From NCBI GenBank assembly GCA_965248575.1, contig CBDFJQ010000002.1:2176001-2240000 (forward strand): a DNA stretch of 64,000 bases. The letters run 5' to 3'. A program made the position numbers and the translations under genes. Below the pieces are notes generated by a model. That model saw only the letters and a list, made by a program, of their open reading frames with translations, was not told the DNA's origin and searched no databases. Positions 1 to 10,067 of the stretch are shown in pieces; position 1 is the first letter of the stretch; every line of letters begins with the position of its first letter. The stretch comes from Planctomycetota bacterium. Its GTDB lineage: Bacteria > Planctomycetota > B15-G4.

Positions 1-834
1 GCCACGCGCATCCGGGTCAGCCCCTGGGCGAGCTACGACGCCTCCAACGACGACACCTATGTGTTCTGGACCGAGCAGAACTCGGGCCAATCCCAATCGG
101 CTGTGTACGGGCAGAAGCTGGACGCCAGCGGCGCCCGCCAGTGGGGTGCCGACGGCCTGGGCCTGCAGGCCCTCTCCAGCGATTCCTATGTGCAGGTTCG
201 CACCGTGCGCTCGGGGGGCCAGTCACTGGTGTGCTGGAACAAGTCCCCCTCCTTCGGAACCGATGTGCTCGAAGGAATCCTGGTGGATGACGCGGGTAGC
301 GCGAGTAGCGCTACGTTCAACATCGCCTCGACGGCTTCGTCCAAGTCGCGCTTGGCGGTCGCCGAAACGGCCTCCGGCACGACGGCGCTTGCGTGGAAGG
401 ACCAGCGCAATGACGGCGGGGACATCCTCTCCCAGAACGTCAACGAAGACGGTTCGCTCGGTGCCCGCTGGTCCAACCTGGGCGGTGGCACGAGCGGCGC
501 CAACGGCCAGCCCGTCCTGCTCGGCTTTGGCCCGCTCAACGCCGGCACGGACGTCGGTCTCGCCCTGAGCCAGGGGCCGCTCAACGAAGTGGCCGTGCTT
601 TGGATCTCCCTCGCGCCGACGCCGGCCAACTTCTTCGGCGGCGTCGTGCACACCCTGCCCTTCAACGCACAACTGATCCTGGGCACCAACGGTTCGGGTG
701 CCATCGCTGGCCAGGCCCCCTTCCCGGCTGGCTTCCCGCCCGGCTCCGAGCTGTGGTTCCAGTTCCTGCTCCAGGACCTCAGCACGCTGCACGGCATCAT
801 CCTCTCCGACGGACTCAAGGCCACCACACCGTAG
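1..834 (+). CDS. 5'-truncated protein (probably secreted) ending in the conserved ~121 aa WxDLGGG...TTP C-terminal domain
   Basis: Frame is open from base 1. C-terminal domain 469-834 aligns by eye with those at 4135-4500, 37739-38110 and 58360-58725. Confidence 0.8.
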   Translation, partial: ATRIRVSPWASYDASNDDTYVFWTEQNSGQSQSAVYGQKLDASGARQWGADGLGLQALSSDSYVQVRTVRSGGQSLVCWNKSPSFGTDVLEGILVDDAGSASSATFNIASTASSKSRLAVAETASGTTALAWKDQRNDGGDILSQNVNEDGSLGARWSNLGGGTSGANGQPVLLGFGPLNAGTDVGLALSQGPLNEVAVLWISLAPTPANFFGGVVHTLPFNAQLILGTNGSGAIAGQAPFPAGFPPGSELWFQFLLQDLSTLHGIILSDGLKATTP

Positions 835-1003
835 ATTGGACTCGTTCCTGGCTGGCCTCGCCCAGCGCACGAGCGGCTCGTAGGTCCAGCTGCCCCCACC
901 CGCCCCAAGAAGTCGTGAAGCTCTGGAGCCCCTCTGGTCGAGAGGGATTCCAGAGGTCGCCGTCCACTTGGGACGACTGGGCCTCCCCCCTGGAGAGCCC
1001 AGC

Positions 1004-1216
1004 ATGGCGTTCGATTCACCCCCACCGCCCGACCCGGACAACCGCCCGTGGTTGGACGTGCTGCACCTGCGCACCCCGAACCCAGACCATTGCTACCTGA
1101 GTGAGTCCCGCTGGCAAAAGAAGAGCGCAGCCAAGAACGCCAAGACCAAAGCCCCGGCTCGCAAGAAGCGTGCCGCCAAGCAGCAGCCTGCACGGCGCGT
1201 TCGCAGCAAGAGCTGA
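1004..1216 (+). CDS. small basic protein with Lys/Ala/Arg-rich tail (70 aa)
   Basis: ATG at 1004 with GGAGAG upstream; tail KKSAAKNAKTKAPARKKRAAK; ends 44 bp before the sigma factor gene. Confidence 0.55.
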   Translation: MAFDSPPPPDPDNRPWLDVLHLRTPNPDHCYLSESRWQKKSAAKNAKTKAPARKKRAAKQQPARRVRSKS

Positions 1217-1260
1217 ACCCAGACGGCCGGGAGCGAGCTGGCTTCGGTAGACTGCCACCG

Positions 1261-1821
1261 ATGTCGGACACGATTCATCTCGTCGAGGCTGCACGCGCCG
1301 GCGACCGCAGCGCCCTCGGACATTTGTGCGCGCGCCACCAGGGCCGCTTGCTGAACTCCTTGCGCGCGAGCATGGAGCCGGCATTGGCCGCGCGCATCAG
1401 CGCCGAAGACGTGCTGCAGGAAACCCTGCTCGAATGCGCACGGAAACTCGACGTGTTCGAGGACCGCGGCCCCGCGTCTTTCTACCGTTGGATGGTAGGC
1501 ATCGCCCGCTACAAGCTCGCCGAGGCACGTCGCGCACAGCGAGCGCGCAAGCGCTCCGCCGAAGCCCTGCCCGAGGAGACCCTGCACGGTTCAGCCACCA
1601 GCCCCAGTGGCCACGCCATGCGCAACGAGGGAGGGCTCGCCTTGCAGGCCGCCCTGTCCGAGCTGCCCGGCCGACAGGGGGAAGCCGTCCGTCTGCGCTA
1701 CCTCATGGGCCTCAGTGTCGCCGAAACAGCAGAGCGCCTCGAAACCAGCCCCTCGGCCGTCAAAGCCCTGGTAGGGCGTGGTCTCAGCAGTCTTGGTCGC
1801 AGCGCTCACCTCCCGCTCTGA
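1261..1821 (+). CDS. ECF-type RNA polymerase sigma factor
   Basis: Region 2 motifs (AEDVLQETLL, FYRW) and region 4 HTH (LRYLMGLSVAETAERL...AVKALVGRG); 186 aa. Confidence 0.92.
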   Translation: MSDTIHLVEAARAGDRSALGHLCARHQGRLLNSLRASMEPALAARISAEDVLQETLLECARKLDVFEDRGPASFYRWMVGIARYKLAEARRAQRARKRSAEALPEETLHGSATSPSGHAMRNEGGLALQAALSELPGRQGEAVRLRYLMGLSVAETAERLETSPSAVKALVGRGLSSLGRSAHLPL

Positions 1822-1897
1822 GGGCGAATGATGCCCCACGGATTTTTTGCGCGACCCATTGGGCCCGAGCAGCCAACTGGTGGTGGAGGACAACCCA

Positions 1898-4117
1898 ATG
1901 ACCACATCCCACTCTGATTCCAGCCCCGGTGAGCCGACGCCCGCCGCCCCCATGCCCCTGGAAGACATCCAGGACGCCCTGGTGGACCAGCTCCATGCCG
2001 GCGAGGCCATCGACCGCGAAGCCCTGTTCGCCCGCCACCCGCACTACCGTTCGGACCTGGAGCAGTTCCTGGCCGTGATCGAGCTGCTGGAAGCGGACGG
2101 GCCTGCACCCGAGGAGCCCGCCCCCACCCGTCTGGGTGAGTACCGCGTCTTGCGTGAAGTGGGTCGCGGTGGCATGGGTGTCGTCTATGAGGCCGAACAG
2201 CCCAGCCTCAAGCGGCGCATCGCGCTCAAGGTGCTGCCCCCGGCCTTGCGCAACGACCGCCGCCTGCTCGCGCGCTTCCGGCGCGAGGCCGAGGCGGCAG
2301 GTCGCCTACGCCATCCGAACATCGTGCCCGTCTACAGCTTCGGCGAATCGGGCGGTGCCCCCTTCTTCGCCATGGAGTTGGTGGAAGGGCCGTCCTTGGC
2401 TGCCATCGTCACCAAGCGCCGGGCGGGCATGGACGCCGACCTGCCCGTGGACCCCAGCGATTATCGTGCTTGGGCGGTGGACGCGGTAGCACAGATCGCC
2501 GATGCCTTGGACTACGCCCACTCGCGCGGGGTCCTGCATCGCGACGTGAAGCCCGGCAACATCCTGATCGACGACACGGGCAAGGCGCGGCTCACGGACT
2601 TCGGCCTCGCCCTCGACCTGGAGGCCACCAGCCTCACCGTCTCGGGGGAGGTCTTCGGTTCACCGCGCTACATGAGCCCGGAGCAGGCCTTCCGCAACAA
2701 GCTGCCGCTCGACGCGCGCACGGATGTGTACTCCCTCGCCGTGACGCTCTATGAACTGCTGACGTTGCGCCTGCCCTACGACGCAGCCACCAGCTCCGAG
2801 ATCCTGCTCGCCTTGGAGGGTGGACGCCATGTGCCCCTGCGCACCCACGACGCGGGTGCTCCCCGGGCCCTGGAGTCCGTCCTGAATCAGGCGCTGCAGG
2901 TGGACCCCCTCAAGCGCTACGGCAACGCCGGGCTGTTCGCCACCGACCTGCGGGCGTCCATGGAGGGCATGGCCGTCTCAGCCAAGCACCGCGCCCCCAC
3001 CTGGAGACGGGTCCTGATAGGTGTGGCCGCAGCCATGGCGCTGCTCATGGGCTCGGCTTGGGTGTACGACACCTACTTTGGTGCCGATTCCGAGCACATT
3101 GCCGAGGTGGCAGGGACGAAGCTGTCTGCCCCGTCACCGCGCGTCATCCGGCAGCTTGCAGACGGAACGCACCCGGATGCCGACGCCGTCATGCGCCAGT
3201 GGTTCCAGCCGCTCATCCGCCTGCGCAGCCTCTTGGCGCGGGATACACCCAGCCGCGTCCACGCCACCATGACGTGCGTGCTCAGCGACGACTCCGTGGC
3301 GCTCAGCGACGACAACATCTGGGCCATCGGAACCCTCGAGCAATCCGTGGCCGGTGGCCCCTGGACCGTGCCCACGGGAGCGCGCCGCCTGGCTACACCC
3401 ATTCTCGGCGAGCGCAGCGTGCTCATTCGCACGGCGTCCTACCCGCTGCACGACGAGCTGGGCGACGCCCTGAGCCAAGGGTCCTTCTCCCTGACACACC
3501 GCATGACCGTCCGCGTGCTGCGCTTGGAGGACGGGCTCCGCCCCTCGCATGAGCAACTCACAGCCCTGGAACTCACGGGAGGCACGGTGGCCACCTGGCC
3601 CCTGCCGGAGACGGTGATGTTCGTCTACGACAGCTACCCCGAGGACTACCCGCAGCGCCTGTCCGACCCCCAGCTCGACGCCGTCATGACTGCGGCCTAC
3701 CAGCCCGTTTCCTCGAGCTTCCTGGGCCTTGGCATGGTGGGCAGCACCGGACGCTCGCTGGACGTCCAGTTCTTCTACACCCACGACGGGGAGGCCCGGC
3801 TCGAACCCATCGCCGGTCGCTTCGAGCTGTTCCTGCCCGAGGAGCAGCAGGCCTTCGCCTGGACGGAATACTCCACGCTCGGGACCCAGGGCGCGCCGGG
3901 AACGAGCTCCTCCCGCATGAGCTTCTCCCTCCCCGAGCAACCCAGCGCGAGCCAGGAGCGTCTCCTGCTCGACCTGAATGCCGGCGAGGCCCGTGAGGTG
4001 CGCTTGGTCTATGTGCCCGAGCGCGAGGTGGCGCTGGAGCAACCGGACGTCGACGCCTATTGGACAGGACGGCTCGACATCCCCATCACCCTCGAGGCTG
4101 GCAACGACGGTCTCTGA
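1898..4117 (+). CDS. membrane Ser/Thr protein kinase (Hanks type)
   Basis: GRGGMGVVY, ALK, HRDVKPGN, DFG, GSPRYMSPE, DVYSL; one hydrophobic segment after the kinase domain; ATG 1898 follows GGAGGA. Confidence 0.93.
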   Translation: MTTSHSDSSPGEPTPAAPMPLEDIQDALVDQLHAGEAIDREALFARHPHYRSDLEQFLAVIELLEADGPAPEEPAPTRLGEYRVLREVGRGGMGVVYEAEQPSLKRRIALKVLPPALRNDRRLLARFRREAEAAGRLRHPNIVPVYSFGESGGAPFFAMELVEGPSLAAIVTKRRAGMDADLPVDPSDYRAWAVDAVAQIADALDYAHSRGVLHRDVKPGNILIDDTGKARLTDFGLALDLEATSLTVSGEVFGSPRYMSPEQAFRNKLPLDARTDVYSLAVTLYELLTLRLPYDAATSSEILLALEGGRHVPLRTHDAGAPRALESVLNQALQVDPLKRYGNAGLFATDLRASMEGMAVSAKHRAPTWRRVLIGVAAAMALLMGSAWVYDTYFGADSEHIAEVAGTKLSAPSPRVIRQLADGTHPDADAVMRQWFQPLIRLRSLLARDTPSRVHATMTCVLSDDSVALSDDNIWAIGTLEQSVAGGPWTVPTGARRLATPILGERSVLIRTASYPLHDELGDALSQGSFSLTHRMTVRVLRLEDGLRPSHEQLTALELTGGTVATWPLPETVMFVYDSYPEDYPQRLSDPQLDAVMTAAYQPVSSSFLGLGMVGSTGRSLDVQFFYTHDGEARLEPIAGRFELFLPEEQQAFAWTEYSTLGTQGAPGTSSSRMSFSLPEQPSASQERLLLDLNAGEAREVRLVYVPEREVALEQPDVDAYWTGRLDIPITLEAGNDGL

Positions 4118-4134
4118 ACACGCGCCCGCCGGAC

Positions 4135-5124
4135 CTAGGGCGTGGTGCACACCTCGGCGTTCGACATGGTGATGCCGTGCACCGAGCTCGCGTCCTGCAC
4201 CAGGAACTGCAAGGTCAGGTCCAAGCCTGCAGGGATGCCAGCCGGCCAGGGCAAACCCTGACTGAAGTCACCGGCGGGATCGCTCACGCGCAGCAACTGC
4301 AAGTTGTAGGGGAACGCGTGCACGGTGCCCCCCAACGCTGCAAAGGGCACGGGGTTGAGAGCGAGCCAGACCACCATGGCCGCACTCGGAGCCGCGTTGC
4401 TGAGCTGCACCGTGGTGGTGGAGCCCGCGGTCAAGGGACCGAACGTCTCCAACAGGGGTTGGCCGTTCACACCGAGCGTGCCGCCGCCCAGGTCGATCCA
4501 GGGAGCCTCCAGCTCAATGGTGAGCGTCTCGAAGAGGATGCCGACCGGGTTGAAGGGACCGTCGTTGATGGTCCAGTTGAACACCGTCAGACCGGTGAAG
4601 TCATAGGTACCCAAGGCGTCCAGGATATTCAGGGACGAGAGGTCGGTGCCGCCGTAGGTCACGGAGAAGTCGTTCTCGAACTTGGGCGAGATACCGCCCT
4701 CCTGTTGGAGCGGCACACCGATGGGGAAGTCCACGCTGTCCGCGAGGAAGAAGCCGTCCACCGCCGGATCATTGTCCCGCAACACGAAGTACGGCGTCTG
4801 TCCCCCGGGGTAGGGCGTCTGCAGCGGCATGGTGAAACTGGGGAACTCGATGCCGAAGCTGCTCTTGTCCAACTCGTAACCCCGTGTGGGGAAATTCGGG
4901 CTGTTCAGGAACAGATCGCTGTCGATGAGGAAGCTCATGGTGGCGCTGTCGCCGACGTTCACCGTCCCCAAAGCCCCTACCGAGACCTGGTTGAACTCCA
5001 CTTCACCTTGCACGGTGACGCGCACGATGCTGCCGGCCAGGGCGACGGGAGCAAGGCTTCCCAGAACCAACGCTGCTGCAGCACAGGATCGAACACAAGC
5101 GGGGAGTGACATCAGTGACTTCAT
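4135..5124 (-). CDS. secreted protein with the conserved C-terminal domain
   Basis: Signal-peptide-like N-terminus (AAAALVLGSLAPVALA); C-terminal WIDLGGG...TTP. Start approximate. Confidence 0.8.
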   Translation of the reverse strand: MKSLMSLPACVRSCAAAALVLGSLAPVALAGSIVRVTVQGEVEFNQVSVGALGTVNVGDSATMSFLIDSDLFLNSPNFPTRGYELDKSSFGIEFPSFTMPLQTPYPGGQTPYFVLRDNDPAVDGFFLADSVDFPIGVPLQQEGGISPKFENDFSVTYGGTDLSSLNILDALGTYDFTGLTVFNWTINDGPFNPVGILFETLTIELEAPWIDLGGGTLGVNGQPLLETFGPLTAGSTTTVQLSNAAPSAAMVVWLALNPVPFAALGGTVHAFPYNLQLLRVSDPAGDFSQGLPWPAGIPAGLDLTLQFLVQDASSVHGITMSNAEVCTTP

Positions 5125-5210
5125 GGGAGAGCTCAACCAAGGGGCCGATGAGAGGGGCGCAGACGAGTCCAGGGGCGGCCTACTCTACACGCTCCCTTGA
5201 ACCCTGCCTG

Positions 5211-6755
5211 CTAGGGCTGGCGCAGGTCGTAGACCCGCAGGTCGTTGGACACCATCCGGTATCCACCCGCCGCCTCCGGCACCAGCCACTTGAAGGGCAC
5301 CCGCAGGGGTGCCCCTGCCGCCTCGCGCACGGCCCGCTCGTGACGATCCTTGGCGGACGTGTTGGGCGTGAAGATCGCCCAATCGGTGGAAGGGCAGCCC
5401 TGGGGCCAGGTGCCCGGGAGATTTCGGTAGGTGTACACCTCGCGTCCGCTCAAGGCCGCCAGCACCGGCGCCTTGAGGTAGAGCACCGACGCCTCCGGTT
5501 CGGTGTTCGCCCGCAACCACTCGGCAGCCACATCGTCGACGTGCTCCCAGTTATGGCTTCCGACCATGTCGAAGGACATGGTGTCCGGTGCACGGACGAG
5601 ACCGACCGCCAGCAGGAGCGTCACGACTGCAGCCACCGCTACTGCCGGCGTGCGTGGGTGCGCGTCAGCCGGTGATGCCCGACGGACGAGGGCGTCCACG
5701 CTGTAGAGCAGTGCCGAGTAGATCATCGGCAGCATCCCGAGCAGGAGGCGATCCACGAACGTGAAGTAGAGCAGCATGAGCGCGACGTAGGCCACGGCAT
5801 ACCAATCCAACAGCGAGCGCCGTCGCCACCAGGTGAACAGAAGCGCCGCTGCAACGAGCGCGGTTGGCAAGCCGGGGACGGGGCCCGCCGGCGTGCCGAT
5901 CACCAGCACATCGACGGTCTCTGCCAGGCCTGCGGCGTTCTCCATCACGCGGGCGATCCAGCCGTCCATGTCCACAGCAGCCGACGCGGGGTCCCGCTTG
6001 TCCACATGGAACATGGCGGTCTGATAGTCAAAGAGCGCCAACTGCGTGGAGGGTCGTGGTGCCTGCTCGGCCACCTCGCCAGCCCACAGAACCCAGGGCA
6101 ACCAGAGGGCCACCACCACCCCCGACAGCACAGCCCCCTGCCAGCGTCGCCCCTCTTTCCGGAACACATCGCCCAGCACCAGGCCCGGCAAGATGAGGAC
6201 ACCGATCGAGCGCATCCAGAGCGAGGCGGCCAGACACAAGGCGCCTGCCAGACCACGCACCCAGCCCACCTGCTTCCCATCGCGCCCCGGCATGACACAA
6301 GCCGCGCCCGCGAAGAGCAGCGCCAAGAACGGCAAACCGGAGAACACCTTGTTGAATGCACCCGTGGACAACGGGCTGACTGCTACCAGCAGAGCAACAG
6401 CTGCCCCCATCAGCGGGCCCTGCAGGCGCCGCATGGCCACTGCCACCGCAGCGAAGGCCAAGACGGCGCTCCACTGGATCACGCGATGGATAGCCAGGAC
6501 GTCCAGCGCCTCTGCACCCAGGCGCTCGGGACCAAAAAACGACAGCACCCACGACAGGGCCGGCGGGCGCAGGAAGAACGGCGAACCGTGATAGACGTAG
6601 CCCTCGCCCGCCGCGAGGCTCTTGGCCGTGAGGATGTAGAGCGAGCTGTCCACGAAGTGCCGAAAGCCTTCGTCCAGGAAGACGCTGAGACACAGCACGC
6701 ACCAGACCGCCAGGAGCCCCAACAGCAGCCCGCTCAAGAGCCGCTGGGCCGTCAT
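5211..6755 (-). CDS. polytopic membrane glycosyltransferase (GT-C / ArnT-PMT-like)
   Basis: DSSLYILTAKSLAAGEGY motif after the first TM segment, RPP motif, many TM helices; ATGA overlap with the hisD stop. Confidence 0.7.
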   Translation of the reverse strand: MTAQRLLSGLLLGLLAVWCVLCLSVFLDEGFRHFVDSSLYILTAKSLAAGEGYVYHGSPFFLRPPALSWVLSFFGPERLGAEALDVLAIHRVIQWSAVLAFAAVAVAMRRLQGPLMGAAVALLVAVSPLSTGAFNKVFSGLPFLALLFAGAACVMPGRDGKQVGWVRGLAGALCLAASLWMRSIGVLILPGLVLGDVFRKEGRRWQGAVLSGVVVALWLPWVLWAGEVAEQAPRPSTQLALFDYQTAMFHVDKRDPASAAVDMDGWIARVMENAAGLAETVDVLVIGTPAGPVPGLPTALVAAALLFTWWRRRSLLDWYAVAYVALMLLYFTFVDRLLLGMLPMIYSALLYSVDALVRRASPADAHPRTPAVAVAAVVTLLLAVGLVRAPDTMSFDMVGSHNWEHVDDVAAEWLRANTEPEASVLYLKAPVLAALSGREVYTYRNLPGTWPQGCPSTDWAIFTPNTSAKDRHERAVREAAGAPLRVPFKWLVPEAAGGYRMVSNDLRVYDLRQP

Positions 6756-8029
6756 GGGCTGGGCCCACCTGGCCTGCGCAAGTCAGCCGCGCGCGCGTGC
6801 GCCTCAAGACCTTCGAGGCGCGCCAACTGCGCAGCGTCCTCTGCGAGCACCGCTGCCGCCTGCGGGTCGTCCACCCGCATCCAGGTGCGCACCGCCAGGA
6901 AGTCGAACACCGACAGCCCCCCCACGTGGCGCGCGGTGCCACCGGTGGGCAGCACGTGGTTGGGGCCAGCACCGTAATCCGCCAGCACCTCCGCAGCGTT
7001 TTCTCCGATGAACACCGCACCGAAGTGCCGCAGGCGTTGGGCCGCAGCTTCGCTGTCCTCCAGGTGCAAAGCCAGGTGCTCGGAGGCGATCACATCGCAG
7101 AGCCCCAACGCCTGCTCCAGGCTCTCTGCCAGCACGGCGAAGCCGCCAGTAGCCAGCGAGGCGCGGGCGGTGTTGGCCGTGGGCAGCCCGCTCAACTGCA
7201 ACTCCAACTGCTGCTCCACCGCCTCCAGCAGGGCGGCGCTCAGGCTGATCAGCATGGGCCCCGCATCCACGTCGTGCTCGGCTTGGGCCAGGAGGTCCGC
7301 CGCCACCCGCGCGGGGTCCGCGGAGTCGTCCGCCAGCACCAACAGTTCGGACGGCCCGGCCAGGAACTCGATCTTGGTGCGGCCGGAGACGAGCTGCTTG
7401 GCCGCGGTGACCCAGCGGTTCCCGGGACCCACCACTGCAGCGCAGGCCGGGACCACACCGGCCCCAAGAGCCAGCGCCGCCACGGCCTGGGCGCCACCCG
7501 CTGCCAACAAGGCGTCGGCGCCCGCCACGGCGGCGGCTCCCAGGGTCACCGCCGTCGGACGCGGGGAGGCCACCCACACCTCGCGCACCCCGGCCACTCG
7601 GGCCGGGATCGCCGTCATCAGCACGGAGGACGGTAGAGGAAAGCGCCCGCCTGGGGCGTAGCAACCGGCCCGCTCCAAGGGCACCAGTCGATGCCCGGCC
7701 CGCCCTCCGGGAATGGCCACGTCCAAGTCGCTGAGACAGGCCCGCTGCGCCTCGGCGAAGCCCCGGATGCGCTGGGCCGTGCGCTCCAAGAGCTCCTGTT
7801 GGTCTCGAGGCAGGCTCGCGAAGGCGGCCTTCAGCTCCGCAGGCCCGAACACCAGGGGCGTGTCGGGCAGCCAGTCGTCGAGCCGTTGGGCGTGTTCGCG
7901 TAAGGCCTGCTCACCGCGCTCGGCCACGTCGTCCACGATGGACCGGGCGGCCTGCAAGGTGGCCTCATCCACAGCGTCCGGACGGGCTCGCGCCACATCG
8001 CTTGCCGCCACGCGCTTCAACAAAGGCAT
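6752..8029 (-). CDS. hisD: histidinol dehydrogenase
   Basis: PGGRFPLPSSVLM, GPGNRWV, AGPSE, QAEH, EHL, DYGAGPNHVLPT; ATG 8029 overlaps the upstream stop (TGATG). Confidence 0.95.
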   Translation of the reverse strand: MPLLKRVAASDVARARPDAVDEATLQAARSIVDDVAERGEQALREHAQRLDDWLPDTPLVFGPAELKAAFASLPRDQQELLERTAQRIRGFAEAQRACLSDLDVAIPGGRAGHRLVPLERAGCYAPGGRFPLPSSVLMTAIPARVAGVREVWVASPRPTAVTLGAAAVAGADALLAAGGAQAVAALALGAGVVPACAAVVGPGNRWVTAAKQLVSGRTKIEFLAGPSELLVLADDSADPARVAADLLAQAEHDVDAGPMLISLSAALLEAVEQQLELQLSGLPTANTARASLATGGFAVLAESLEQALGLCDVIASEHLALHLEDSEAAAQRLRHFGAVFIGENAAEVLADYGAGPNHVLPTGGTARHVGGLSVFDFLAVRTWMRVDDPQAAAVLAEDAAQLARLEGLEAHARAADLRRPGGPSP

Positions 8030-9294
8030 CAGCCATCCTCCGGCTTGCGGTCGCCCGGGCGGCGGCTCACAGCACGGTGCCGCCGTCGCAGCTCTGCTTC
8101 CACGTCCGAGAGTTCCACCCCGGCGGCCGCCATGCGGACGAGGGTGAAGTACAGCACGTCCGCCGCCTCGTGACAGACGTCCTCGGGGCTGCGCGCCTCG
8201 GTCAGTTCGCGCGCCTCCTCCAGGAGCTTTGCGTCGAGCAGGCCCTGCTCCTCGAACAGGCGCCGGGTGTAGGAGCCCTCTGGAGCGTGGTCGCGCCGCT
8301 CTCGGGTCAGGCGCGCCAGCCACGGGAGGCCGCCATCCTCGCCGAAGCAGCCCCGGGTTCCGAGGTGGCAAAAGCCGCCACCCTCTTGGCGCACCGTGAA
8401 GCGCAAGGCGTCGCGATCGCAGTCCGGCGTGATGCGCAACAAGGTTTGCACGTCGCCCGAGGACTCGCCCTTGACCCACAGGCCCCGGCGCCGGGAGTGG
8501 TAGATGCCCTGGGTCTTCTGCACCGCCGCGCGCACGCTCTCGGCGTCCGAGTAGACCAACCCCAGCGTCACGCCGTGTTCGTCCGCCACCACCGTCGGCC
8601 ACAGCCCATCCACGCGGTCGCTGCGCAGGGGGGCGGCGACAGCGTCTCCGAGATCCATTCGGCCGGTGTAGAGCGCCATGCCCACCTGGGCGTCCACCCC
8701 CAGGGCATCCAGGGCCCCCACCTCCTCGGCCGTGGTGACGCCGCCCGCCAGGGTCAGCCGCACGTCGCCGGCCGCGTCGCGCAGGCGCTCTACAAGCTCC
8801 AGGTCCACGCCACCCATGCGGCCCTCGCGTTCCACCAGGGTGACGAGGAAGCCGCCCACGTACGGGCGCAAGGCCTCCATCCGCGAGAAGACATCCTGGC
8901 CCGTGCCCTTGGTCCAACCCTCCACGACCACCTCGCCATGGCGCGTGTCCAGGGCCGCCATGACCCGCTCCCGGGGCAGTTGGCCGAGCAGTTCCGGGCT
9001 GGCTGCGGTCCCGAGGATGATCTTCGACGCACCGGCGTCCAACCAACGGGTCGCTGTCGCCAGGTCGCGGATGCCGCCGCCTATGCGCACGTCTGCCACG
9101 GCGAGCACACGCTTCACCAACTCCTCGTTGTTCCCCGTCCCCAGGGCGGCGTCGAGGTCGATGACCGCCAGCTCCCCCGCCACCCGGAAGCGCTCCGCGA
9201 TGGCCACGGGTTCCCCGGCATCCAGGGCGAGCTGCTCGCCGCCCACGAGCTGCACCGTGCTGCCGTCCTTCAGGTCGATGGACGGAATGATCAC
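8029..9294 (-). CDS. hisA: HisA-HisI-HisE fusion (ProFAR isomerase / PR-AMP cyclohydrolase / PR-ATP pyrophosphatase)
   Basis: N-terminal IIPSIDL...DLDAA...GGGIR (HisA); SRRRGLWVKGESSG...DCDRD...CH (HisI); SYTRRL...KLLEEARE...EAAD (HisE). GTG start overlaps the hisF stop. Confidence 0.9.
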   Translation of the reverse strand: MIIPSIDLKDGSTVQLVGGEQLALDAGEPVAIAERFRVAGELAVIDLDAALGTGNNEELVKRVLAVADVRIGGGIRDLATATRWLDAGASKIILGTAASPELLGQLPRERVMAALDTRHGEVVVEGWTKGTGQDVFSRMEALRPYVGGFLVTLVEREGRMGGVDLELVERLRDAAGDVRLTLAGGVTTAEEVGALDALGVDAQVGMALYTGRMDLGDAVAAPLRSDRVDGLWPTVVADEHGVTLGLVYSDAESVRAAVQKTQGIYHSRRRGLWVKGESSGDVQTLLRITPDCDRDALRFTVRQEGGGFCHLGTRGCFGEDGGLPWLARLTRERRDHAPEGSYTRRLFEEQGLLDAKLLEEARELTEARSPEDVCHEAADVLYFTLVRMAAAGVELSDVEAELRRRHRAVSRRPGDRKPEDG

Positions 9295-10067
9295 GGCTGC
9301 AGCTCGGGGGGTACGTCGAGCCGCACCGCGAGCCCGGCCTGGGCCAACTGTGTCTTGAGGACGTTCACCGTGTACTCCCCGAAGTGGAAGATGGATGCAG
9401 CCAGCACAGCGTCCGCACCGGCCCGCAAGGCCTCGATGAGATGCGCCGGACTCGCCGCCCCGCCCGACGCGATGACGGGGACCTGCACCGCCGAACTCAC
9501 CGCCGCCAGCAGTTCGCAATCGTAGCCGTCCTTCGTGCCGTCCCGATCCCAGCTGGTGAGCAGGATCTCGCCGGCGCCGCGCTCGGCGGCCTCCCGCGCC
9601 CAGGCCACCGCGTCGCGCCCCGTGCGCACCGCCCCCGAGCGCGTCACCACTTCCCAGGCGTCGCCGACCCGAGCCGCATCCAGCGCCAGCACCGTGCACT
9701 GGTTCCCGAAGCGCGTGGCCAAGGCGTCCAGGACCTCCGGCCGCTCCACCGCTGCCGTGTTGATGCCCACCTTGTCTGCGCCGGAATCGAGCAGCGCCTC
9801 CGCGCTCTGCACGTCGCGCACCCCGCCACCCACGCTGAGCGGGATGGACAGTTCCTTGCGCACGCGGCGCACGGTCTCGAGTTGGTTGCCGCGCCCCTCG
9901 GGTGTCGCCGAGACATCCAACACGACGATCTCATCGGCCCCTTGGGCCTCGTAGGCCGCGGCCAGCTGCCCCGGGTCGCCGGCGTCTCGCAAGCCCTGGA
10001 ACTGCACGCCCTTCACCACGCGCCCATCCCGCACGTCGAGGCAGGGGATGATCCGAGAGGTCAGGAT
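9291..10067 (-). CDS. hisF: imidazole glycerol phosphate synthase cyclase subunit
   Basis: RIIPCLDV, VVKG, GGGVR, DGTKDGYD, IASGG, LAASIFH. Codon at the expected start is ATC (see findings). Confidence 0.93.
   Translation of the reverse strand: MLTSRIIPCLDVRDGRVVKGVQFQGLRDAGDPGQLAAAYEAQGADEIVVLDVSATPEGRGNQLETVRRVRKELSIPLSVGGGVRDVQSAEALLDSGADKVGINTAAVERPEVLDALATRFGNQCTVLALDAARVGDAWEVVTRSGAVRTGRDAVAWAREAAERGAGEILLTSWDRDGTKDGYDCELLAAVSSAVQVPVIASGGAASPAHLIEALRAGADAVLAASIFHFGEYTVNVLKTQLAQAGLAVRLDVPPELQP

Noticed and set aside
8030..9046. N-terminal extension making HisD 764 aa
   Set aside because: It is an off-frame reading of hisA-I-E; HisD similarity begins at ATG 8029.
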